Of a DNA stretch of 64,000 bases, positions 14,201 to 25,889 are shown piece after piece (the stretch's first letter is position 1; each line of letters opens with the position of its first letter). The position numbers and the translations under genes were made by a program. This stretch comes from Haliotis rubra (Eukaryota), in NCBI RefSeq assembly GCF_003918875.1, contig NW_025767231.1, positions 62,001 through 126,000 on the forward strand, written 5' to 3'. The notes beneath the pieces are model-generated. The model did not search any database and was not told where the DNA came from. It saw only the letters and a program-made list of their open reading frames with translations.

Positions 14201-17200
14201 GTAGTGCACGATGGTAGATGGGGACACCACACTTAGGGCTACTTACCTCTGCATCCTGTTGCAGTGCATGATGGTAGATGGGGACACCACACTAAGGGCT
14301 ACTTACCTCTGCATCCTGTTGCAGTGCATGATGGTAGATGGGGACACCACACTGATGGCTACTTACCTCTACATCCTGTTGCAGTGCATGATGGTAGATG
14401 GGGACACCACACTTAGGGCTACTTACCTCTGCATCCTGTTGTAGTGCATGGTGGTAGATGGGGACACCACACTGAGGGCTACTTACCTCTGCATCCTGTT
14501 GTAGTGCATGATGGTAGATGGGGACACCACACGGAGGGCTACTTACCTCTGCATCCTGTTGTAGTGCATGATGGTATATGGGGACACCAAACTAAGGGCT
14601 ACTTACCTCTGCATCCTGTTGTAGTGCATGATGGTAGATGGGGACACCACACAGGAGGAGGGCTACTTACCTCTGCATCCTGTTGTAGTGCATGATGGTA
14701 GATGGGGACACCACACTTAGGGCTACCTACCTCTGCATCCTGTTGCAGTGCATGATGGTAGATGGGGACACCACACTGAGGGCTACTTACCTCTGCATCC
14801 TGTTGTAGTGCATGATGGTAGATGGGGACACCACACTGAGGGCTACTTACCTCTGCATCCTGTTGCAGTGCATGATGGTAGATGGGGACACCACACTAAG
14901 GGCTACTTACCTCTGCATCCTGTTGTAGTGCATGATGGTAGATGGGGACACCACACTTAGGGCTACTCACCTCTGCATCCTGTTGTAGTGCATGATGGTA
15001 GATGGGGACACCACACTGAGGGCTACTTACCTCTGCATCCTGTTGTAGTGCATGATGGTAGATGGGGACACCACACTTAGGGCTACTTACCTCTGCATCC
15101 TGTTGTAGTGTATGATGGTAGATGGGGACACCACACTAAGGGCTACTCACCTCTGCATCCTGTTGTAGTGCATGATGGTATATGGGGACACCACACTTAG
15201 GGCTACTCACCTCTGCATCCTGTTGTAGTGCATGATGGTAGGTAGAACACCCACATTAAGAGCCCGCTGGATTAAGTGGAAACACTCTGTGATAAAGTTG
15301 TGTTGTGACTGTAGATCTTTCGGAACAGAGCCCAATCCTCGCTCTTCTGATGTGTCACTCACTGAAACCATTTTGCTTGATTTAGTACATGAAAGATTGT
15401 AAAAGAAAATGATGAAAATATATTTTTCATCAATGTGTAATGTATCCAGAAGTTTTGATAAGTTGAACATGATAAATGACTATGAGGCTATGTTATGACA
15501 AATCATGATGAACACTGTTATATGACAGTGATGTTAATATGTGCATAAGCAGATAAGACATAGCTGTAACACACCTATCTGTCCCCCAGCTAGACATGTC
15601 TCAAAGTCGTAGTTGAGCCGACATGCCTCTGACGTCGAGTATCCGAGGTTGACCTTGTCCAGCTTGCCCTTGTTGCTGTAGATTGGCAGGAAGAACTCCA
15701 GCAGCATCCCGCAGAAGTTCACCATGTATGCTAACAAGGAACATGCAGTGTTCTTAGGCATTTGTCAGGCACTTTAGGCATGCATCATACATTTGTCAAC
15801 TTTACCATTTCTTTAAAAACTGTCAATACAGTTTACAGCGTCAGATTAGTTGTGTTCTTTGATATTGATACCTGTATCAATATTCAGATATTGGATAGCT
15901 GTGAAATAAAAATATCACAGCATACATCATGACTCAAGTGTACATCATCACCATTATGGGGCCAAACTACAACCTGGGTCACTGAACCCTGACAGGGCCT
16001 CACCATCACCATTATGGGGACAACTGCAACCTGGGTCACTGAACCCTGACAGGGCCTCACCATCACTGCAGCAGGCTTGAACCTGGGAATCATTCTGTAG
16101 CAGGGCTGATGTGCGCAACTCGTTCAGGTTGATGACACTGGCGATCCAGGACAGGCCCTGCTCCCTCGACGCCCTGGAGGTTACAACCTTCTTCAGGGCA
16201 TTGTACACCACATTCCAACAACGATGAAGTCCCTCCTGGATTGCTGACTAGAAGCAGGAGTCAAGAATCGACAACTACGTTACACATTACTCAGTAGTAA
16301 ATAGGGTAGCATGTTTCACAAAAGTAAGCATGAGGTACTTTGGAAAGATACATTAAAACTAAGAGGTATATGAAAAGAAAATACCACATTTGAACAATAT
16401 CCTTATATTAGAGGGTAGCTAACACTTGGGTTTTTCAGCAAAAGAATACCTGCAATTACAAGTGGCAAAATGCCCTCAGGGTATAAATGAGGATTTCTCT
16501 CATGTTACATTTCATGCAATGAAGCATCTGATTTGAAGATGCTTATATCTAAGGTATGACCCGAGCCTCCCCGGATCCCAGTAGTTGGGTGTCTCGGTGC
16601 CTACTGGACTACCTGTGGACCCTCAATGATTCATTTCATATCAACACAGGCACAGAGTGACATCGCTTGCTGTACAAGGCTACTACTTCTCCACAAAACA
16701 CAAATATAAGGCCGCATGAACATACCTCAACAAGGTGGAGGTCTGACTCAGTGACTCGAGGGAAGCCTCTCATAGATGTAAATGGCGACGCTGCATTCCC
16801 TGTCAGGGTGATCTGACGCTTCGCTGGAACTTGGTTGGCACTGTGGACACCGCCAGAAGAGGTCCAAACAGGGATGACTTCTCAAAATAATTGCCCTGAT
16901 AAAGCAGAAGAATTAAGTTCACTAAGTGACAGTTTACTTAGTGTTGCGAAGTGTTGTGCTTCAACTAGCATGTTCAGTTTTCATGAAGTAATTTGCCTGA
17001 GCAGAACTGAGTCAAGTCTGTATTGTTGGTCTTCAAGTATCCTGATCTCTTAACACTGAAAATAAATGTCAGCTGGAACTCACCAGTCCCTTGGCAGCCT
17101 CAGGCACTTCCTTCTCTAGAGCAATTGCTAACACAGCTCCTGCAGTCCCCTGGAAACAGACGTGAGAGTTACTCCCCAAGATAACATCAGTTGCCAGTTA

Positions 17201-17699
17201 TGAGGGAGTCACTCCTCATTGTGCACATGATCTTGTATTTATCTGTGAACCATCGAGGTTTCTATCTTGAACCTGATTCATACAGTTACTTGTACTAAAG
17301 TACTGTCGGAAATGCTGGGAAAATGCTTTTTGACTTTTATGTAAAAGTCAGAGGTATCACAGTAACTTAAATAACAAATATCCCTTTAAGAAACATCTAC
17401 CAAATGTAGACCGAGGGAATAAATTTTGAGACATGCCCTAAAATGTGTTTTTACATATGAAAATATAAAAAACTTAGAAAAATAAGGGGTAGTGGAACAT
17501 TATTTGATACAAACATTAACTGCTTGTGTTATGTCATCAGCATGCACGGTATTGACAGGTGAAATTGACACTTGTGCATGGGTGAGGGGTCATCTCAATA
17601 CATCTTTTTCTTCATAATGTTGAATATGTGTACGTATAGTATACGTATTGGTTATGTAAGGGATCATGTGATATCCACATGTCGCACACCAATAACACC

Positions 17700-17735
<36 letters not shown>

Positions 17736-20700
17736 GAAATAAACATACGAATTATTGTGCATGAGAAAGCATCCCATCACTTGTGTTATTTTATCGATTG
17801 ATTGTAGAAATGTACAACGTTTTAATAATTGTTTTGCATGTCATTAGTATGTTTCTTTGCAAAAATATGGATGTAATTCGGTCAATTTAATCAAGTTGTG
17901 AACATTGGCCAAAGATTTAACGAAGCCACTGGTATAGCTTCCCAGTTTTGCTTTTGAGACTGTCCCTGTCTTGTCTGATTTGTTTAAAATATTGTTAACT
18001 TATTGGTAAGACATACCAACAGCTCTACAAGTTCTGTAATAAACCCTTTCTAAACTAATGAAAGGTTTACCTCTGTCTTTCTCAAGCACAAAAAAACTTA
18101 TAAACCTTTGCAACAATCGACTGCAAATAGTTGGCCATAGTGAACGCTGTGATAAAGATGTGCATGCATGACGGGAAACTTATTTATTAAGACTTAACAT
18201 TTATATTAATATTTCTTCAATAAAAAAACATAATTAAGTCAAGTAACACAAACATTCAACATTTTATTTGTTTGAGAAAAACATTAATTAATATTTTTGC
18301 ACCACCTGTATTATTAGCATAAATTTAAAGACCATTTCAGATTTCTCATGTTAAACTCTGAAAAAATCTTGAGTTGTTGTTTTGGTACCAAATTCTCTCC
18401 TGTAAACTGCCCTTTAAATGCATGGAAATGTTAAATCGATTGAAATAAAAATTAGGTACACTATAGGCGAGTTAATATATTGACAACATAGTACATTTAT
18501 CACCTTTATCAAAGTATTAAGGTTAAAAAGCATTTTTCTAGTATTTCCGACAGTACTTTAATCAATCTGCTGCCTTCAAGTCCATCCATCAGGTTGGAAA
18601 ATGTAAAACAGGCAAGTCAACAAATTAATTTCATCCAGTCAAGCTAAACATTTCAAAGAGTGGTGTATACTTAAGATGCCATGGTAATATGAACCAGGGT
18701 GTTTGAGTGAATGGGTGGGTAATGTCCAAACATTATTCCAGTTGTATTACAAAAGACCAGCTTATGTGTCAGAAAAGCTCAAATTAAGAAGATTTTTTTT
18801 TTTTATCTGAACCCATCTTACATTATCAAGTAGTATTTCCAGAGCTCTGAGCGTCTTGCCCTCCCTGAGAATCACTTCATCCATCCTGCAAGTGGAGCAG
18901 TACAGGTAATCAGCTCTTGTGATGTTCACCTTACTTCACACATAACATCATTAAACACTCCTGAACCAGCTGCTGCACAACTGAAGCATCTAACAGCTGG
19001 GTTCTGTCCTCCAGATACTTTAACATAAATTCATAAACTAAAGTATACAAAACATTCAGTTTCATGAAATGTGCATTTTCATTTTGATAAGATGAAACTT
19101 AAAAACTGATATTCTGCAGTTCTACACATAAACTCCTTGACATTTAGTTTTAATGCAAAGACTGATCACACACTGATCACAATATTGATCACACACATAC
19201 CGGTACACACATACCTCTCAACACTGGCTACTTGTTGACCTGCAGCCTGAAGCAACACAGTCAGGAATAGGACAGAGTTATCTTCCTTGGCAGCACCTGC
19301 ACTGTCCTCACTTTGCTGCAGTAACCTTGACAACAGGCTGGCAGGCACCTGAACACAGTCCTTCGACCACCCAGTCACACACAACAGGAAGTTCACAGCC
19401 TCACTCTGAAAGCAAATGGGAGAAGAAAAATCACAAAATTGTTATTTGTCAAATTGCAAATATGATGCGTGAAATCATTTCCCCAAATTTGGCTGTTATT
19501 TTCCTCTCCTGTACAAAGACACATGTGTATTACAAAACTAAAATCCCAACATAAGAATTATATGTGACATACAGATTCGCTTAAATACATGGCAACCATA
19601 TCTGTCTCTAGCATTATCATCAACAATGTCTGACACAAAAACTACAAAAGGGCCCCATAGTAGCACATGTAATAATTGGGGGACAGAACATGTCTTTATC
19701 AAAACAGTTAAATCTATACATGTACTTGAAAACACACTGGTCCTACTTACTGCAACGTGTGTATTGTCATAGTCAGACCACAGATCGTCATCCTCGGCAT
19801 TAGCTGACTCTACAGAAATAAGTATAGAGGCTCTCACTCAAACCGTTTACACACAATATGGCAAGAAACACAGAACTTTTACAAAAGTCTTTGCAGATGA
19901 CCATAAATTGATTGTATAAATTAAATAGTTGAATATACTAGGGCAGTCAACATTTGCAGGCCATGATCATATCAAGGGAAAGAGTTTCTACAAAATCTAC
20001 CAAGTACTTCTCTACACAGGTATGAGAGCTTGTCTGGAACAGCCTTAGTTAACTGCTGACAATGATGTCTGCAACAACTTTATTTAACAGCTGACAGTGA
20101 TGTCTGCAACAGCTTTAGTTAACAGCTGACAATGATGTCTGGAACAACTTTAGTTAACAGCTGACAATGATGTCTGGAACAGCTTTAGTTAACCGCTGAC
20201 AATGATGTCTGCAACAGCTTTAGTTAACCGCTGACAATGATGTCTGCAACAGTTTTAGTTAACAGCTGACAATGATATCTGCAACAACTTTAGTTAACAG
20301 CTGACAATGATGTCTGGAACAGCTTTAGTTAACCGCTGACAATGATGTCTGTAACAGCTTTAGTTAACCGCTGAAAATGATGTCTGCAACAGCCTTAGTT
20401 AATAGCCGACAATGATGTCTGGAACAACTTTAGTTAACCGCTGACAATGATGTCTGCAACAACTTTAGTTAACTGCTGACAATGATGTCTGGAACAGCCT
20501 TAGTTAACAGCTGACAATGATGTCTGGAACAGCCTTAGTTAACAGCTGACAATGATGTCTGCAACAGCCTTAGTTAACAGCTGACAATGATGTCTGGAAC
20601 AGCTTTAGTTAACAGCTGACAATGATGTCTGCAACAGCCTTAGTTAACAGCTGACAATGATGTCTGGAACAGCTTTAGTTAACAGCTGACAATGATGTCT

Positions 20701-23700
20701 GCAACAGCCTTAGTTAACAGCTGACAATGATGTCTGCAACAGCCTTAGTTAACAGCTGACAATGATGTCTGCAACAGCTTTAGTTCACAGCTGACAATGA
20801 TGTCTGCAACAGCTTTAGTTAACCGCTGACAATGATGTCTGCAACAGCTTTAGTTAACAGCTGACAGTGATGTCTGCAACAGCTTTAGTTAACCGCTGAC
20901 AATGATGTCTGGAACAACTTTAGTTAACAGCTGACAATGATGTCTGGAACAGCTTTAGTTAACAGCTGACAATGATGTCTGCAACAGCCTTAGTTAACCG
21001 CTGACAATGATGTCTGCAACAGCTTTAGTTAACCGCTGACAATGATGTCTGGAACAACCTTAGTTAACAGCTGACAATGATGTCTGGAACAGCCTTAGTT
21101 AACAGCTGACAATGATGTCTGGAACAGCTTTAGTTAACAGCTGACAATGATGTCTGGAACAACTTTAGTTAACAGCTGACAATGATGTCTGCAACAGCTT
21201 TAGTTAACAGCTGACAATGATGTCTGGAACAGCCTTAGTTAACAGCCGACAATGATGTCTGGAACAGTTTTAGTTAACAGCTGACAATGATATCTGCAAC
21301 AACTTTAGTTAACCGCTGACAATGATGTCTGGAACAGCCTTAGTTAACAGCTGACAATGATGTCTGCAACAGCTTTAGTTAACAGCTGACAATGATATCT
21401 GCAACAACTTTAGTTAACAGCTGACAATGATGTCTGGAACAGCTTTAGTTAACAGCTGACAATGATGTCTGCAACAGCTTTAGTTAACAGCTGACAATGA
21501 TGTCTGGAACAGCCTTAGTTAACAGCCGACAATGATGTCTGGAACAGCCTTAGTTAACAGCTGACAATGATGTCTGGAACAGCCTTAGCCAACAGCTGAC
21601 AATGATGTCTGGAACAGCTTTAGTTAACAGCTGACAATGATGTCTGGAACAGTTTTAGTTAACAGCTGACAATGATGTCTGGAACAACTTTAGACAATAT
21701 TTTTGCATGGCCTCTAATATTCTAACAATGTTCCACTGTTTGATTGAAGATGTATAATTTTTCGTCAAATGAGTTGGGTTTTTCAATCCTTTAAAAATAT
21801 TCAAGTCTGATGTCTTGAAAAAACTTGAAACTTTGTTTTTTCAAACACTGATAAAAAGATGAATGTAACATATGACTTAAGACAACAACATCAACTTGCA
21901 GTTGATAACATTATTAGGATGGGTCATATACTGGAACGGAAATCAGCAAGTTTACTTATGCCGCCACCAGTTTGTGCCAGGCTACATTGTTAGCTGAAGT
22001 GTCGTGAAGAAGTGTGACAGCGTGTCTCACCTGTCTTGAGGCTGTCCATGATGACCCCAACACTGTACTGTTTCAGCCAGTCACCTGCAGCAGTCACCAG
22101 GTGGTCATTGTAGTGAGGCTGGAACTCCTCACAGATGCTGTAACACTTCATGATGTATTTGATGTGACTAATCTGACGTGGAACTATCTTCTTCATTACT
22201 TCAACCAGGAAGGCTGGGATACCAGCAGGCTGTTCGGGTACATCCTTAGCATTGATGGTGAGACTTCCTAGGCTGTACCTGATCTTCCCTGTGGTGGTGA
22301 TGTCCTAACAAGGAACATATGTTATGTAGGACTTCTAGGTTGTACATAGGCACAATGTGTGAAGCCCGTTTCTGGTGTCCCCCGCCGTGATATTGCTGGA
22401 ATATTGCTAAAACAGCATATAACCAAACTCACTCACTCTCTCTAGGTTGTAAAACCATTACTCATGATTCATGGCCATTTTAGTCAGAAGGGCCATGAGG
22501 TACCAAACACTTATGAGTGCAATCAGTTGAGATTCATATTGTCAGGTCTTTCTATGTAAGAGTCACCCCTCAGAGCTTCTGTTGTAGTAGCATGGATGCT
22601 GTCACAAGATGGCCGTATATATTTGCAAGATTAACCATTACATATAAAATAAACTGTCAGATTAAACAAACCATACACTTGAAACTTGGATTTGCCCACA
22701 AAATCACATATGTTACTGAAATATTACTAGACTGCAGTCCCTGAAACAAGTTGGTTAGAAACACACCAATGTCAAGTACATCACCATCAAATAACCATTT
22801 CTTGTTTGTTCCACTTTAAGCCACCATCAAACACAGGTGTAGGCTTTCTTTGGCCAAGCAGTTTATATTCAGTTTGTAATAAAATTATGTTCTGGAACAG
22901 AAGAAGGATCACTGATGCACTCTAATACAGGTTTCATGAATGATAGTCTGTTTTTTGTCATGCTATACAGTAAATGTTTTCATCAGAATCTCAATTATAA
23001 TGGAAATGATATACTCACTATGGTGGAGTCGAGAACACTGGACAGGAACTGTCGTAAATTATTCTTGTTTGATGTTGCTGGTGCTCTCTGTGCTTGTGCT
23101 GTTTGTCTGTGTGTACTTGATACTAAGTCCTCAGTGGAATCAGCAGATCCACCTTGTGATATATCTGGTTTCCCTCTTACAATCTGTTTCTGGTTATGTT
23201 GGGGCTGATCAGACATCTCTGCTGGGTCTGTACCAGTAAGACTGATGCCAACTTTCATCTGGGACTGGGTAGACATACTTTCACACTGGGTAAACATACT
23301 TTCACACTGGGTAGACATACTTTCACACTGGGTAGACATACTTTCACACTCGTCTGTTTGTTCAACTGGCTTCAGCTGATCAGATTTGTCTTCACTCTTC
23401 TCAGCTTGTTGGTCAGTTTTGAATTCTGGTTTGTCTGTAGTGTTTTGTAATGTTTGTGTGTCGTCTGTTGGAACTAGGTCAGGTCTTGATATTTGTGCTT
23501 TGCTCTTTGTATTATTTCTGGCAGTAGATAATGGTGTGGATTGTTTGGAATTGTTCAACCTTCTCTGTTGATTGTGAGCCACATTCTGACTGGACATCTT
23601 GTCTAGCCATTCCTCTCTTCTCTTCAACAATAATCCTGAGAAACAAGTAGCAACAAAATACCATCAGAAAGAGGTTCACAGGAGTTCCCAATATAATGAA

Positions 23701-25889
23701 ATTCTGTCTGGTTTATACAATGCTGTTTCACAGCTAGACTGACATTTAGTCCAAGAAACACTGTATCTTTTCTCAAACTATGTCATTACAAAACAATAAC
23801 ATCCAAACGGAGACCTGAACAATTCAAACTTCAGCTGAGCTTAGGCAACATAGACTTGCCCAATCATTGTACACTTGAGGTAGTCTCTGTTTTCAGTTTA
23901 TCCTCTAGGGTGTGGAACACTAACCAGATGGGTTGTTAACTCACAATAAGTTCAAGAAGAAACTATCCATTATCTAAAATATATATCTACAAAAACAATA
24001 AATACCATCCAAAAGGAGCCAGAACAATTCATCATGTCAGGTTAGCTGAGCATCTAATCTTGCCAAGTAATTCCACAGTTAGACTACAAGGATGTTGAGA
24101 AGAATATGTCTTTTCTGGTTCATTCTCGTATCAACAATGCAACTCACTCTCTGCGTCTGGAGACATTGGAGTAGGGGCAGGAGTCTGCTGCCTTTTCATC
24201 ACGCCAGCAGCAAGCACCAACACTACACCTCCACCAATCACAGACAACAATATATAGTTGGTGGTGTTCTTCTCCGTCTGTTCTGAAGCAGCTACATCAG
24301 GCTGAAAGTTGCACACATCAGGATATGAAAAGTACAGGTCACACTTTCTTATTGAAAGGTTGACAGATTTGCTAACTGATATGACTTGATTTGGGAGTTT
24401 ATTCAAGCAAAACCAAAATATTCAGGATGTTTACTAGTAATATCAGTGGCCCTTTTGTCCAAATATAATGTGGCACAAGATTGTATATAAATTATATAAA
24501 TTCACATTACTCAATATTATTCAGAAAGTTTCATTTTGCAATTGGATATTACATTTAAATAATCCATCAAAGCACTATAATATTATATTCTATGATTGTG
24601 ATCTTCTGCAACAATTGTTTGAATGCAAAAAAAACAACAAGTCCTTCTTTATAGTAGCATGGATAAAGTGGGCATTGGAACACTGATTGTTGACATGTAA
24701 AGTGTGTACATACATCAAAACATACTTGTCTTACCTTCTCCGTCTCGTCATCTGCTCTGTCAGGATCCTTCCTCAGTTCCTTCTGTTTCCGTCTCACTGC
24801 TGATGATATCTCCCCTCTTCCAAGCTCAAGTTCATCCTCGCTCAGCTCTCCATTATCATCTATGTCATACTTTTTCAGAATTGCCTGAATGTCCTCCTAC
24901 AAGGTACCAACCAGACGATACTGTCTCACTACATAGTTACTGACATCACAGAATGTACACGTAGAGTGGGAGGCAAGCCCAAACTGATGCAGGTGTTAGA
25001 CATGTATTACTATGATGAAAGATATTAAAGGACAAACCAAGAAACATGAAAAGGTGAATCAGGAATAACACCCACAGGATCCTCTCATGCCTAAGGGAGG
25101 TGAGTCTGTACAACAAATTGGGCAGACATAGATGACTTGGCCACCTATCCTTTAAGTTTCAATCAAGGATTCATGATTCAAATGAGCAAGTTGCCACTTT
25201 ACTGAGAAGTAAGGCTTTGCTCCTGTGTACAAGTTCCTACCTCCTCCAGCAAGTCTGCCAGGCCAATGTCATCTCCTTCTTCAGCATTGTACCAAGCTTC
25301 CTCATCAATGCACATGGTCACCACAGTGACCAAAGTTATTACCAATAAAAACCTGAAAATCAATAAAGAGCATATTTACTCAACATAGCTAGGCTTGGCA
25401 CTCATCAATCAACTAATAAATAGACACATTTTGAAGACTAATTATTAATCATTACAAAGTATGTTACAGACTAAACCAAACGCATTAAAATATACTGATT
25501 ACATAAATCACATTTGCTGTTAGTGAATGTTTGCCTAATAAATATCAGTTTGACTTGCCAGCCTGTACATAACGTACTAGCTACTAGTATAATATACATA
25601 ATATACAGTAGATGTTATTAAAGAAATTGTTGCAAGCCTTATTTAGGACTTAAAGGACTTAAACCTTTTAGTGACAATATCATCCCAGAGTTGATGTCCG
25701 ATAAATACATTGTCATAAGTGTTGATTTTTGAAAATGTTGGCTGTGCCTAATTTTCCACGTTGACTTTACAATTGTAAACAAACAATATTCTCGAGTTTT
25801 GCCAAAGAAAAGGACATTAAGGCTGTTGAGAACTTCGACTTTAAACGACACTATTTCTCAACACGTATTCGTAACACTCACCGAAACAT
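2258..25889 (-). CDS. Ubiquitin conjugation factor E4 (Ufd2/UBE4A/UBE4B family)-like protein with N-terminal signal peptide, EF-hand and single TM helix; 3' end, including the expected U-box, lies beyond the left edge
   Basis: Exons (GT-AG, phase-consistent): 25882-25889, 25241-25352, 24735-24896, 24148-24301, 23019-23635, 22031-22304, 19751-19809, 19215-19405, 18822-18885, 17084-17149, 16726-16895, 16061-16247, 15575-15730, 15211-15361, 12343-12412, 11908-12024, 10902-11051, 6228-6358, 3210-3372, 2870-2960, 2258-2356 (about 1064 codons). Ufd2-core-like motifs in the expected order: YIMKCYS, FEKSSLFGPLL, REQGLSWIASVINLNELR, SDAYMVNFCGMLLEFFLP, HNFITECFHLIQRAL, FSMIPEFCVKDMA, GPIPASKMVSCL, EFDKYSARSEIGKLIEHLW, LYMLHDSLSRLANIKKIE. 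Three exons need 1-nt indel corrections. Confidence 0.85.
4971..5146 (-). mobile_element. tRNA-derived SINE (family A), full length
   Basis: Minus strand: A box TAGCCTAGTGG, B box GGTTCGATTCC, tRNA-Asp-like head, (CAGT)n tail; TSD CTAGGTACACAAC. Confidence 0.9.
5328..5496 (-). mobile_element. tRNA-derived SINE (family A), full length
   Basis: Body identical to the copy at 4971-5146; different TSD (ACAGACATGA). Confidence 0.9.
6294..10820 (-). repeat. Splice-acceptor tandem array, 65/68-bp units, about 67 copies
   Basis: Minus-strand unit ctctgtccacag|ATCTCCTCCTTTGTTGTGTGTCTTCTAGAAAGGCCTGAC(GTC)ATGCCTGGT(G/C)CTAT, a diverged copy of the acceptor and first ~65 nt of exon 6228-6358. Confidence 0.95.
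12105..12300 (-). mobile_element. Probable degraded SINE/LINE 3' fragment with (TTA)n tail
   Basis: (AAT)n run next to the motif GGTACCCATTCACTGCTGGGTGAACAGAGG...TTGCCTAAGG, reminiscent of invertebrate SINE bodies; from recall only. Confidence 0.35.
12676..15240 (-). repeat. Splice-donor tandem array, 60-bp unit, about 40 copies
   Basis: Minus-strand unit TACCATCATGCACTACAACAGGATGCAGAG|gt(a/g)agtagccc...agtgtggtgtccccatc, which is the last 30 nt of exon 15211-15361 plus its donor. Confidence 0.95.
12754..12912 (-). mobile_element. SINE family B, 5'-truncated, inserted in the donor array
   Basis: (GAGT)n tail plus body shared with 26718-26927 and 41650-41835. Confidence 0.85.
15946..16066 (-). 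repeat. Two-copy 57-bp duplication at the donor of exon 16061-16247
   Basis: GTGATG|gtgaggccctgtcagggttcagtgacccagg occurs at the real donor (16061/16060) and again 57 bp downstream (16004/16003). Confidence 0.85.
17299..18557. mobile_element. Non-autonomous DNA transposon, Kolobok-like
   Basis: About 40-bp TIRs AGTACTGTCGGAAAT(G/A)CT..AAAATGCTTTTT; flanked by CTAA and TTAA (TTAA-type target, AG termini); no ORF. Confidence 0.7.
20030..21693. repeat. Intronic minisatellite, 35-bp unit, about 47 copies
   Basis: Unit AACAGCTTTAGTTAACAGCTGACAATGATGTCTGG; mid-intron, with no exon-derived sequence. Confidence 0.95.
22345..22440 (+). mobile_element. SINE family A, 5'-truncated
   Basis: Body and tail match 4971-5146 in the opposite orientation; TSD TCTAGGTTGTA. 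Confidence 0.85.
23019..23635 (-). CDS. E4-like gene exon 5: long low-complexity cytosolic linker
   Basis: tctcag|GATTATTG acceptor (phase 1) and ATA|gtgagt donor; matches ORF 22995-23630; ends in LRQFLSSVLDSTI. Confidence 0.8.
23266..23350 (-). repeat. Coding 21-bp tandem repeat x4 (ESMSTQC)
   Basis: (ACTGGGTAGACATACTTTCAC)n inside exon 23019-23635. Confidence 0.9.
24148..24301 (-). CDS. E4-like gene exon 4: sequon and transmembrane helix
   Basis: PDVAASEQTEK-NTT-N-YILLSVIGGGVVLVLAAGVM-KRQQ: NxT sequon, 20-residue hydrophobic stretch (24197-24256), basic KR on the C-terminal side. Confidence 0.8.
24735..24896 (-). CDS. E4-like gene exon 3: EF-hand
   Basis: EDIQAILKKY-DIDDNGELSEDE-LELGR; the loop (24831-24866) has D1, D3, N5, G6, L8, S9, E12, matching the canonical Ca2+-binding EF-hand consensus. 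Confidence 0.8.
25241..25889 (-). CDS. E4-like gene exons 1-2: signal peptide and acidic segment
   Basis: ATGTTTCG|gtgagt spliced to ttttcag|GTTTTTATTG gives MFRFLLVITLVTVVTMCIDEEAWYNAEEGDDIGLADLLEE: a basic residue followed by a hydrophobic core, as in a cleavable signal peptide. Confidence 0.7.

Noticed and set aside
13124-14960. His-rich ORFs (HDGRWGHHT)n
   Set aside because: Antisense reading of the 60-bp donor array, interrupted by stops
16803-16810. In-frame TGA as selenocysteine or programmed readthrough
   Set aside because: The same frame stops again soon after; continuity needs a frame change, which fits a 1-nt indel
3349-21693. CRISPR-like appearance of the regular repeats
   Set aside because: Head-to-tail units with no unique spacers, no cas genes, eukaryotic intronic context
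20030-21693. 35-bp array as junction-derived
   Set aside because: More than 200 bp from either exon and no exon similarity
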